From positions 127,680,678-127,744,677 of the forward strand of contig NC_052161.1 of the NCBI RefSeq assembly GCF_902713615.1: a stretch of DNA of 64,000 nt. The letters are read 5' to 3'. The notes under the pieces were generated by a model. It saw only the letters and a program-made list of their open reading frames with translations, was not told where the DNA came from and ran no database searches. Both the position numbers and the translations under genes were made by a program. The stretch's first letter is position 1. Each line of letters opens with the position of its first letter. This stretch comes from Scyliorhinus canicula. Lineage: Eukaryota. Shown piece after piece: positions 36,361 through 47,083 of this stretch.

Positions 36361-37193
36361 GGGCAGCACGGTAGCGCAGCGGTTAGCACTGCAGCCTCAC
36401 GGCGCCGAGGTCCCAGGTTCGATCCTGGCTCTGGGTCACTGTCTGTGTGGAGTTTGCACGTTCTCCCCGTGTTTGCGTGGGTTTCGCCCCCACAACCCAA
36501 AGATGTGCAGGGTCAGGGCCAGCTCAAGGCACCGGCAACTCGGGCAGTCGCCCGGGGCGCCATGTGCTAGGGGGCGCCAGAGACTCGGGTCCCGCGCATG
36601 CGCAGTTGGGCCGGTGCCAACCAGCGCATGCGCGGTGGCCGCACTCCCCCAGGGTGGCCGCACTCCCCCAGGGCGCCCCCCCCTCTGTCCGCCCCCCCCT
36701 CGGTCCGCTCCCCTCGGTCCGCTCCCCCCCCCCCGCCTCGGGTCCGCCCCCCCCGCCTCGGGTCCGCCCCCCCGCCCCCCCCCCCGCTCGGTCTGCTCCC
36801 CCCCGCGGGTCCCCCCCCGGGTCCGCCCCCCCTCTCGGCCCCGCCCCCCCTCTCGGCCCCGCCCCCCCTCTCGGCCCCCCCCCCTCTCGCCCCCCCCCTC
36901 TCGGCCCCCCCCCTCTCGGCCCCCCCCTCTCGGCCCCCCCCCCTCTCGGCCCCCCCCCCTCGGCCCAGCCCCGCCCCCCCCCCCCTCGGCCCCCCCCTCT
37001 CGCCCCCCCCTCTCGGCCCCGCCCCCCCCTCTCAGCCCTGCCCCCCCCCAAGGGCGCCGAAGTTCAGCTTGCCCGGGGCGCCAGCAACCCTAGGGCCGGC
37101 GCTGTGCAGGGTAGTTGGATTGAACACACTAAATTGCCCCTTAATTGGAAAAAAAATGAATTGGGTACTCGAAATTTAAATTTTATTTTAAAA
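36361..37193 (+). mobile_element. HE1-like V-SINE, short subfamily, split by a hAT MITE
   Basis: Halves 36361-36513 and 37105-37193; TSD ttaaaagtacaacgtc / ttaaaagtgcaatgtc. Confidence 0.9.
36514..37104. mobile_element. Non-autonomous hAT element (Tip100/MER45-like), 591 bp, with internal C-rich minisatellite
   Basis: Perfect 8 bp TSD TGCAGGGT (36506-36513, 37105-37112); imperfect TIR cagggccagctcaagg / cctagggccggcgctg. Confidence 0.88.
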
Positions 37194-37519
37194 GTGCAAT
37201 GTCCTTTTGTGTTGAGTGCAGCAGAAAAGCTGGTATGCAAGCCTAAAACATTTGAGGAGGATGCAGACCGCCCAGCAGAGCCAGCGAACACCCGCAGCAC
37301 TGAATGCGGAACAAGCACCAATACAAAATAAAGATGGAAAACAATCGCCGGTTCTCTCAGGAGATCAACCAGACTACGGCGTACACCGTGAACAGAATGA
37401 GCCTGTAATAAACTAAAATATAGTTTAAAGTAAACATGCATATCACCACAATAATGAAAGATTTCACAGTGATTAGGGGGGGTTGACGTGGGTCAGAATA
37501 TCCCAGTTGTCTCACTCCC

Positions 37520-37700
37520 ATACAGGATTATTGAAAAAGGGACTGGAGGAGGCCATTCAGCCCCTCCAACCCCATTCAGTTTGACCATGGCTGTTCTGTA
37601 CCTAAAATCCATACCCCTCATCACCCTTGTCAACAAAAACCTATCCACTTCAAACTTGAACATTTGAGTTTCTGACTGCAGTAGGGGGAGAGTCTTTGGC
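37520..37700 (-). mobile_element. CR1 LINE 3' end fragment
   Basis: ggaggaggccattcagcccctc terminal motif; peptide FKFEVDRFL. Confidence 0.65.
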
Positions 37701-38182
37701 TGCCCATAGTCAATATAAAGAGAGATTGCTCGTTCCCAGTCTGTCATCAAACACTCAGGAATCTTCACGCTTTTACCAGTCTCAGTTGCCGAGGACAACA
37801 GCTGTTCTTTACATCTCTCGTTGTAATTAATCCCAAGAGCAACAAGAGATTAAAAGCAGGAAAGGCTTGGCCTCTGGTCCTCTTTTTAATATATTCTGTC
37901 ACAGCCTGACCCAAATCCACACACACACACACACACACACGGACACGCTCGCACAGGCATACAGAAACACGCACATATACACATGGACATGCTTGTGTAT
38001 GCACATGTACAGACACCCAGACATGTGCACACCCGTGCACCCACACAGACACACACGCACGCACCCACACAGAGAAAAACCTATACGTACGCACAAACAT
38101 GATGGGGACAAAATTCCCGCACACAAGCGGGTACATACACATGCAGATGGACACGCGCACCCGCGTGCACCCATAAAACATG

Positions 38183-38313
38183 ATGTGGAGATGCCGGCGT
38201 TGGACTGTGGTGAGCAGAGTAAGAAGTCTTACAACACCAGGTTAGAGTGTTCCGAAAGCTAGTGTTTGAAACAAACATATTGGACTTTAACCTGGTGTTG
38301 TAAGACTTCTTAC
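38183..38313. mobile_element. Small Penelope-like inverted-repeat element
   Basis: 26 bp perfect inverted repeat (38219-38244 / 38288-38313); 11 bp TSD cataaaacatg / cattaaacatg. Confidence 0.6.
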
Positions 38314-39162
38314 CATTAAACATGCACACGCATGTGGACACATGCACAGAGTTTTTAAATCGGATGAACAGGTAAAAATGAGAAGAACGGAGAAGAAGGT
38401 TGTGGGGAGGGTTTGAGGAGAGGGGGGAGAGAGCGGGAATGGAGAACGCGAGTAAGAGATGGGCAGCAATGGGACAGAAGCACGTAGGGGACTCGGGAGA
38501 GGCAGAGTGGAGGAAAAAAACAAGCAATTTAATTTTAAAAAATATGAGGGGAGAGATTTGTTTTAAATTGGAGACCAAACTTTGATAGCTTTGTTTGGCT
38601 GGGCTCATGGCCGACTGTGGTTTCCACGGCAACCTAGAGCTCCAAGCCATTGTGTTTGACCCCTGAACCTAAGTGGGAGCGTCACCTCCACCCTCCCAGG
38701 ATCCTGTCAGTTCCTAATCTCTGGGGCAGAGAGCAGCCCGAGCTGATGGCAATTAGAATACCAGTCCCCGCAGAAGACTGGGTGTTATCCAATACACAGC
38801 GTTTGTTCCCAATAGGGACCCAGACAATCCATAACACACCTGGTGGCCCCTAAACACGGAGCTCCAAATCATATTTCACATGTATGAGGTCAGAATTATT
38901 CAACTGCGTGCAGAGTGGGACCAATTTCTAAACTGCCCCCAAACTCCGCAGCTTCAGATCCACCATCCTGATAACTAGATTGTTTTAGCAGAGTCAGACC
39001 GTTGGAATAATTAAAAAACATGGTGTGCAGACTCAGCAAGTGATTAAGGAGCACATATTCCCTGTATGAAATGTGAGGAGTGACGACTCAGATATGTCAG
39101 CCTCACTCAATCTAAACTACACCCTGTGTAAAAGTGACTCTGACTTCTCTTTTCTGTTAATA

Positions 39163-39337
39163 TTTCCAATTAAGTAGCAATTCAGCGTGGCCAATTCACC
39201 TACCCTGCACATCTTTGGGTTGTGGGGGTGAGACACACGCAGACGGGGAGGGGGGGGGGGGGGGGGGGGAGAGAATGTGCAAACTCCACACGGACAGTGA
39301 CCCGGGGCCGGGATTGAACCCGGGTCCTCAGCGCCGT
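39163..39337 (-). mobile_element. HE1-like V-SINE, short subfamily, 5'-truncated, internal poly(G) expansion
   Basis: Reverse copy. Confidence 0.85.
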
Positions 39338-39354
39338 AGGCCTGTGCGTCCAGT

Positions 39355-39707
39355 CATCATCATAGAATTTACAGTGCAGAAGGAGGCCATTCAGCCCATC
39401 GAGTCTGCACCGGCTCTTGGAAAGAGCACCCTACCCAAGGTCAACACCTCCACCCTATCCCCATAACCCAGTAACCCCATCCAACACTAAGGACAATTTT
39501 GGACACTAAGGGCAATTTATCATGGCCAATCCACCTGACCTGCACATCTTTGGACTGTGGGAGGAAACCGGAGCATCCGGAGGAAACCCACGAACACACG
39601 GGGAGAACGTGCAGACTCCGCACAGACAGTGACCCAAGCCAGGAATCGAACCTGGGACACTGGAGCTGTGAAGCAATTGTGCTAACCACAATGATACCGT
39701 GCTGCCC
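39355..39707 (-). mobile_element. HE1-like V-SINE, long form with CR1-type tail
   Basis: Full length; ends attctatgatgatga on the minus strand. Confidence 0.92.
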
Positions 39708-40006
39708 GTAAATGTCCGTGTATAATTATCTGAGTGTGCGTTTCTGTGTCTGCGTGTGTGCTTGCGTATCTGTGGTGCGCCTGTGTATCCATGTGTGAGT
39801 ATCTGAGTGTGTGTTTGTTTGTGTGTACACGTGTACATATCTGAGTACCTGAGTGTGTTTGTGTGTCCTTGTGTGTGCATGTGCCTGTGCATTTGTGTGA
39901 GTGTGTACATTTGTACATGTGTGTGCATTTGTGTGCGTGTGTGTAACTGTGTGAGTGTGTGCATTTGTGTGTGCGTGTGCATGTGAGTATGTGCGTTTAT
40001 GTGTGT

Positions 40007-40183
40007 GTTTTTAAATTTAGAGTACCCAATTCTTATTTTCCAATTAAGGGGCAATTTAACGTGGCCAATTCACCTAGACTGCACATCTTTGGGGTGTGGG
40101 GGTGAGACCCATGCAAACACAGGGAGAATGTGCAAACTCCACACAGATAGTGACCCGGGCTAGGATTGAACCTGGGTCCTCGG
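40007..40183 (-). mobile_element. HE1-like V-SINE, short subfamily, 5'-truncated
   Basis: Reverse copy. Confidence 0.85.
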
Positions 40184-40699
40184 AGTTTGCGTGCGCGTGC
40201 GTGCTTTTGTGTTTGTGCATTTGTGTGTGTGCGTTAGTGTACAGGCATTTGTGTGAGTCTGTGTTTCTGTGAGTGTGTACATCTGTACATGTGTGTTGTG
40301 GGCATGTGCATTTACATGTGAGTGTGCGCGTTTGTGAGTTTACGTTTTTCTACATGCATTTATGTGTGTTTGTTTGAGTGTGTACTTTTGTACGTGTGTG
40401 TGTGCATTTATGTGTGTGCATGCATTTGTGTGAGTGTGTGCCTTTGTGTGTGTGTGTTCATTTGTGTGAATGTGTGTATTTGTGTGTGTGTGCATTTGTG
40501 AGTGCGTGTGCATTTGTGTGTGTGCATTTGTGTGTGTGTGTGCATTTGTGAGTGTNNNNNNNNNNNNNNNNNNNNNNNNNNNNNNNNNNNNNNNNNNNNN
40601 NNNNNNNNNNNNNNNNNNNNNNNNNNNNNNNNNNNNNNNNNNNNNNNNNNNNNNNNNNNNNNNNNNNNNNNNNNNNNNNNNNNNNNNNNNNNNNTCTGT

Positions 40700-40928
40700 A
40701 GTTTTAAATTTGTTTTTAGAATACCCAATTCTTTTTTGTTTCCATTTAAGGGGCAATTTAGCGTGGCCAATTCACATACGCTGCACATCATTGGGTTATG
40801 GAGGTGAGACTCTAACAAACATGGGGAGAATGTGCAAACTCCACACGGACAGTGAACCGGGGCCGGGATCGAAGCTGGGTTCTCAGCGCGTGAGGCAGCA
40901 GTGCTAACCACTGCGCCACCGTGCCACC
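40700..40928 (-). mobile_element. HE1-like V-SINE, short subfamily
   Basis: Reverse copy. Confidence 0.88.
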
Positions 40929-41065
40929 TGTGTGTTTCTGTATGTGTGTGCGTTTGTGTTTGTTTGCGAGCGTGCATTTGTGTGTGTGCGTTTGTGTGAA
41001 TGTGTGCCTTTATGTGTGTGCATTTGTGTATGTAAGTGTGTTTATGTGAGTTTGAGTGCTTGGAG

Positions 41066-41140
41066 TACTGGATTCTCCATTTCAGGGACTATGTTCCCAC
41101 GCCGGCGTGAAAACTGTGGCCTTTTATGCCAGAAAAACTG
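41066..41140 (+). mobile_element. Truncated left end of the MITE type seen at 35121
   Basis: ctggattctccatttcagggactatgttcccacgccggcgtgaaaac resembles 35121-35175. Confidence 0.65.
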
Positions 41141-41920
41141 CCTTTCTGTGAGTGTTTGTGTGAGTGTGCATGTTTGTGTGTGAATCTGAGCACTTTTGTG
41201 TGTGTACATGTATTTGTATATGTGGGTGTCTTTGTGCGAGTGTGTGCGTTTGTATGTGTTTGTGCACATTTGTGTTAGTGTGTGCGTTTGTGTGTCCATG
41301 TGTCCATATCTGAGTGCCTGAGTGTGTTTGTGTGTCCATGTGTGTGTCTGTGCATTTGTATGAGTGTGTACATTTGTGAGAGTGTGCATCTGTGTGTGCC
41401 TTTTTTGAGTGTGCGCGTGCCTTTGTGTGTGTTTGTATGAGTATGCATTTGTTTGTGTTTGTGTGTTTGTGACTGTGTGCCTTTGTGTGTGTGCGTGCAT
41501 TTGTGAGTGTGTGCGTTTGTGTGTGTGTGCGTTTGTGTGTGAGTCAGTGTGTGTTTCTGTGTGTGTGTTTGTGTATGTATGCATGCATTTGTGGGTGTGT
41601 GCGTTTGTGTGTGTGCATCTGATTATGAGTGTGTGTGTTTGTCTGTGTGCATTTGTGAGTGTGTGCATTTGTGTGTGCATGCATTTGAGAGAGTGTGAGT
41701 GTGTGCATTTNNNNNNNNNNNNNNNNNNNNNNNNNNNNNNNNNNNNNNNNNNNNNNNNNNNNNNNNNNNNNNNNNNNNNNNNNNNNNNNNNNNNNNNNNN
41801 NNNNNNNNNNNNNNNNNNNNNNNNNNNNNNNNNNNNNNNNNNNNNNNNNNNNNCCTGTTTGTGTGTGTATACATGTATTTATGAGTATGTGTGTGCGTCA
41901 GATTGTGAGTGAGAGTGTTT

Positions 41921-42655
41921 GGGCGAGATTCTCCCATATGGGGAGAAATCGTAAGGCTGGCGTCAAATCCGGGCGGGTTTGACGCCAGCTCCCCCCTTCC
42001 CGACCGGGAACCGATTCTGGTCCCCGGTCGGGGCTAGCAGCCCGACGCCGCAAGCTCCGGCATCACGGGCTTAACGAATTTCGTTAAGCCCGCTTGCCCG
42101 AGTTAGCGCCGGCTGACGCGTCATATGACGTCAGCCGCGCATGCGCGGATTGGAAGACTCCAACCCGCGCATGCGCGGATGACGTCATCGCGTATTTGCA
42201 CGAAACCCGCGCATGCGCGGTCCGGGATGCCCCTCAGCCGCCCCGCGAATGGATACTGCGGGGCGGCGGAAGGACAAATAGTGCGCGGGCATCGGGCCCG
42301 CTGCCCGCGATCGGTGCCCACCGATCGCGGGCCCATGGCACCCTTGGCACGGCCGTGGTACTGCCATGCCAATCGGTGCCATGGTTATAAAATGCGAGTG
42401 TTTACGGCCGTTTTTACGAACGGCCAGACCAGGTGTGTTTGCCGTTCGTAAAAACAGCCGTAAAGGGCTGGGAACTCGGCCCATCTATCAGCTGTGAATC
42501 GCTGCTGGCCGTAAAAAAACGGCGGCAGCGATTCGTGTCGGGAGTTGGGCGTCGGGGGGGGGGAGAATAGCGGGAGGGCGTCGGAACAGCGTGGCCGTAA
42601 AATTTTACGAGCCACGCTATTCTCCGCACCGTCGGGAGTGCGGAGAATCTCGCCC
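41921..42655. mobile_element. PIF/Harbinger-like MITE (735 bp), CpG-rich, many internal palindromes
   Basis: Perfect 14 bp TIR GGGCGAGATTCTCC / GGAGAATCTCGCCC; TSD not clean (ttt/atg). Confidence 0.85.
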
Positions 42656-42878
42656 ATGGTGTTCGTGTGCATTTGTGAGTGTGTGCGTTTGTGTGTTTAT
42701 GTANNNNNNNNNNNNNNNNNNNNNNNNNNNNNNNNNNNNNNNNNNNNNNNNNNNNNNNNNNNNNNNNNNNNNNNNNNNNNNNNNNNNNNNNNNNNNNNNN
42801 NNNNNNNNNNNNNNNNNNNNNNNNNNNNNNNNNNNNNNNNNNNNNNNNNNNNNNNNNNNNNNNNNNNNNNNNNNNNNN

Positions 42879-43055
42879 GCTGGTTTAGCACACGGGGCTA
42901 AATCGCTGGCTTTGAAAGCAGACCAAGGCAGGCCAGCAGCACAATTCAATTCCTGTACCAGCCTCCCCAAACAGGCACCGGAATGTGGCGACTAGGGGCT
43001 TTTCACAGTAACTTCATTTGAAGCCCACTTGTGACAATAAGCGATTTTCATTTCA
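42879..43055 (+). mobile_element. tRNA-headed SINE family C
   Basis: Core and (TTTCA)n tail. Confidence 0.85.
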
Positions 43056-43237
43056 TGTGTGTGTGTACATTTGTGTTTGTGTGCATGTTTGTGTGAGTGT
43101 GTATTTGCATGTGTTCTGAGTATGCGTGTTTGCGTGCGTGCATTTGTGAGTGTGTGTGCAATTGTGAGTGTGTGTGTGTTTGTGTGCGTGTGTGTGCATG
43201 TTTGTGAGTGTACATTTGTGTCAGTGTGTGCATTTGT

Positions 43238-43465
43238 TTTTTAAAATAAATTTAGTGTACCCAATTATTTATTTTTCCCAATGAAGGGGCAATTTAGTGT
43301 GGCCAATCCACCTAACCTGCACATCTTTGAGTTGTTGGGGCGAGACCCACGCAGACACGGGGAGAATGTGCAAACTCCTCACGGACAGTGACCCAGGGCT
43401 GGGATTGAACCTGGGTCTTCGGCGCTGTAGGTAGCAATGTTAACCACTGCGCCACCATGCTGCCC
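43238..43465 (-). mobile_element. HE1-like V-SINE, short subfamily
   Basis: Reverse copy. Confidence 0.9.
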
Positions 43466-44299
43466 TTGTGTGTGCATTTGTGAGTGTGTGGGCTTGTGTG
43501 CGTTCGTTTGTGAGTGTGTGTGTGTGTGTGTGTGCATTTGTGTGTGTGTGTTGCGTTTGTGTGTGTGCATGAATTTGTGTGTGTATGTCCATACGTGTGT
43601 CTAAATGTGTTTGGGTGTCCATGTGTGTATGTGAGCATGTGTGTTTGTCCATGTGTGAGTGTGTGCGTGTGTGTGTGATTGTGAGTGTGTGTGTCTGTGC
43701 TTGTGTGTGCAAGTAATGATGTCTCAGAAGCTCATGTGGAGTGATCAGTTTGCCCTGGGAGCGACTCCCAGCAAGAAGATAATGGTGAAACAATAGAGGA
43801 ACATTGGCAGCAAAGACAAAATTAAATCGGCAACACAATGCAATCATTGTGAAATCTTGTTGAAATATTATACATTGCTTTTAAAAACCCCAAATCTATA
43901 ATTGCATCATAGTGTCAGCCAATGGCAGGAGAGTGACAGCTGGAACAAAATGCAAACTCCTAACTATTAGTTAAGAGGCAAAAAGGCCAACTCTGGGTGG
44001 GCAGCGTACTGCCAGTCTTTGGCAAACAGACCAAAAATCTGGCAACAGTGTTATTGAAGTCAGCTCCATCCCACAGTTAATAATCGCCCTGTGTTCCAAT
44101 CGCCAAGATTCAGAAACGGGTCAACACAAAGCAGGAAATGGGAGAAGGAGGGTGTCCTCTGAATGTGATCAAACACCCAACAAAGGAGATACTGAAAACC
44201 CCCTGGGTGACACCAAATCCTGCCCCCACCCCCCCCTCCCATTCCTCAATCCTGAAGGAGAATAAGAAGCATCTCCACACACACCCTCCCCCGGTAACA

Positions 44300-46245
44300 T
44301 TGATTGCCCAACCCCCACCCTCCTCATTGCACACCCCACCCTCCTCATTGCCCACCCCCACCCTCCTCATTGCCCACCCCCACCCTCCTCATTGCACACC
44401 CCACCCTCCTCATTGCCCACCCCCACCCTCATTGCCCATCCCCCACCCTCCTCATTGCCCACCCCCACCCTCATTGCCCATCCCCCACCCTCCTCATTGC
44501 CCACCCCCACCCTCCTCATTGCCCACCCCCACCCTCCTCATTGCACACCCCACCCTCCTCATTGCCCACCCCCACCCTCATTGCCCATCCCCCACCCTCC
44601 TCATTGCATACCCCACCCTCCTCATTGCCCACCCCCACCCTCATTGCCCATCCCCCACCCTCCTCATTGCCCACCCCCACCCTCCTCATTGCACACCCCC
44701 GCCCCTCTCATTAATCACCCCCCCTCCTCATTGGCCATCCCTCACCCTCATTGCCCACCCCCATGCTCCTCATTGGCCACCCCCATCCTCCTCATTGGCC
44801 ACCCCCATCTTCCTCATTGCCCATCTCCCACCCGGCTCATTACCCAACCTCCACCCCACCCATTGTCCATCTCCCACCATTACCCACCCCCCCCCCACCC
44901 CGCCAATTAGCCATCCCCCCACCCCGGCATCCCCCCACCCCGCCGATTACCCATCCCCCCCACCCCGCCGATTACCCATCCCCCCCACCCCGCCGATTAC
45001 CCATCCCCCCACGCCGCCGATCACCCATCCCCCCACGCCGCCGATTACCCATCCCCCCCACCCCGCCGATTACCCATCCCCCCACCACGCCGATTACCCA
45101 TCCCCCCCCACCCCGCCGATTACCCATCCCCCCCACCCCGCCATCCCCCCACCCCGCCGATTACCCATCCCCCCCACCCCGCCGATTACCCATCCCCCCA
45201 CCCCGCCGATTACCCATCCCCCCCACCCCGCCGATTACCCATCCCCCCCACCCCGCCGATTACCCATCCCCCCCACCCCGCCATCCCCCCACCCCGCCGA
45301 TTACCCATCCCCCCCACCCCGCCGATTACCCATCCCCCCCACCCCGCCGATTACCCATCCCCCACCCCGCCGATTACCCATCCCCCCCACCCCGCCATCC
45401 CCCCACCCCGCCGATTACCCATCCCCCCACCCCGCCGATTACCCATCCCCCCCACCCCGCCGATTACCCATCCCCCCACCCCACCATCCCTCCCACCCCG
45501 CCGATTACCCATCCCCCCACCCCGCCGATTACCCATCCCCCCCACCCCGCCATCCCCCCCACCCCGCCGATTACCCATCCCCCCACCCCGCCATCCCCCC
45601 ACCCTGCCGATTAACCATCCCCCCACCCCACCATCCCCCCCACCCCGCCGATTACCCATCCCCCCCACCCCGCCGATTACCCATCCCCCCCACCCCGCCA
45701 TCCCCCCACCCCGCCGATTACCCATCCCCCCCACCCCGCCGATTACCCATCCCCCCACCCCGCCGATTACCCATCCCCCCCACCCCGCCATCCCCCCACC
45801 CCGCCGATTACCCATCCCCCCCCGCGTACATCCCCCCCCGCCGATTACCCATCCCCCCCACCCCGCCGATTACCCATCCCCCCACCCCACCATCCCCCCC
45901 ACCCCGCCGATTACCCATCCCCCCACCCCGCCGATTACCCATCCCCCCCACCCCGCCATCCCCCCCACCCCGCCGATTACCCATCCCCCCACCCCGCCAT
46001 CCCCCCACCCCGCCGATTACCCATCCCCCCACCCCGCCGATTACCCATCCCCCACCCCACCATCCCCCCCACCCCGCCGATTACCCATCCCCCCACCACG
46101 CCGATTACCCATCCCCCACCCCACCATCCCCCCCACCCCGCCGATTACCCATCCCCCCACCACGCCGATTACCCATCCCCCACCCCACCATCCCCCCACC
46201 CCGCCGATTACCCATCCCCACACCCCGCCGATTACCAATCCCCCA
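44300..46245. repeat. C-rich minisatellite: ~21 bp CCCCACCCTCCTCATTGCCCA grading into ~25 bp CCCCACCCCGCCGATTACCCATCC
   Basis: Seen directly; source of the 862 aa Pro-rich ORF. Confidence 0.93.
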
Positions 46246-46248
46246 TAC

Positions 46249-46680
46249 AGGAGATATCGGAATACGGATACCGGGATATAGTCAGGAGATATCGGAATAT
46301 GGATACCAGGACACAGTCAGGAGATATCGGAATAGGGATACCGGGATACCGTCAGGAGATATCAGAATACGGATACCGGGACATAGTCAGGAGATATCGG
46401 AATACAAATACCGGGATACAGTCAGGAGATATCGGAATAGGGATACCGGGATACCGTCAGGAGATATCAGAATACGGATACCGGGATATAGTCAGGAGAT
46501 ATCGGAATACGGATACCGGGACATAGTCAGGAGATATCGGAATACAAATACCGGGATACAGTCAGGAGATATCGGAATAGGGATACCGGGATACAGTCAG
46601 GAGTTTTTGGAATACAAAGACCAGGATACAGTCAGGAGATATCGGAATACAAATACCGGGATACAGTCAGGAGATATCGG
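46249..46680. repeat. 35 bp minisatellite (CAGGAGATATCGGAATACGGATACCGGGATACAGT) x~12
   Basis: Head-to-tail units, no spacers. Confidence 0.92.
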
Positions 46681-46779
46681 CGTGTGGACATGGGGAGCAC
46701 TTTCAGAGGATTTCAGATTAGATTAAGACAGCAATTGATTGATACACAGCACTATCCCACAAACAGGCAACAAGCTGGG

Positions 46780-46840
46780 TTAGAATCACAGACTCCCTAC
46801 AGTGCAGAAGGAGGCCATTCGGCCCATCGAGTCTGCACCT
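46780..46840 (-). mobile_element. HE1/CR1 3' tail fragment
   Basis: acagtgcagaaggaggccattcggcccatcgagtctgcacc. Confidence 0.75.
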
Positions 46841-47083
46841 TCTCACAGAATTATTTGGGTGGCAAAAGTAGGAAATTTTGGAAATATCCAGAATTGAGAA
46901 AGAGAGAGAGGCAGACAGATAAAAGAAGAGGGACATCACCTGTACCTTTCATCACACCCTCAAAGCACTGAAAGGTACAAGCTGGAATTGTGAAAGCCGA
47001 TCAATTCTTTCCAGACATTCTCTGATATTTGTGTATTTTCACAATTTTCGAGTTTTTTTTCAAGTTTGCAAGGTTTTATTGAA

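Larger units (their letters stand above)
35802..37485 (+). mobile_element. Gypsy LTR-retrotransposon relic (integrase core to pol end and possible PPT), interrupted by a SINE
   Basis: Peptides MCDNGPC, EFAHHYDFRHITLSPLYPQSDRKAGKGVHVVKQLL, LMNRQLR, QQAGPHWFLVVTEEGSFLRRNQKAL, LRRSTRLRR; stops and frameshifts; G-rich PPT-like run at ~37475. Confidence 0.85.
39710..43710. repeat. TG-rich low-complexity domain with embedded SINEs and MITEs and N gaps (40556-40694, 41711-41853, 42704-42878)
   Basis: Seen directly. Confidence 0.88.

Noticed and set aside
36266-37331. 275-294 aa Pro-rich ORFs
   Set aside because: Chimeric read-through of Gypsy relic, SINE and the C-rich hAT interior.
46249-46680. 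35 bp repeats of CRISPR-like length (also the 33 and 36 bp arrays)
   Set aside because: Head-to-tail with no unique spacers, no cas genes, eukaryotic context.
44138-46726. 862 aa Pro/His-rich ORF (extensin- or formin-like)
   Set aside because: Read-through of two minisatellites; overlapping frames give the same motifs; no domain or splice context.
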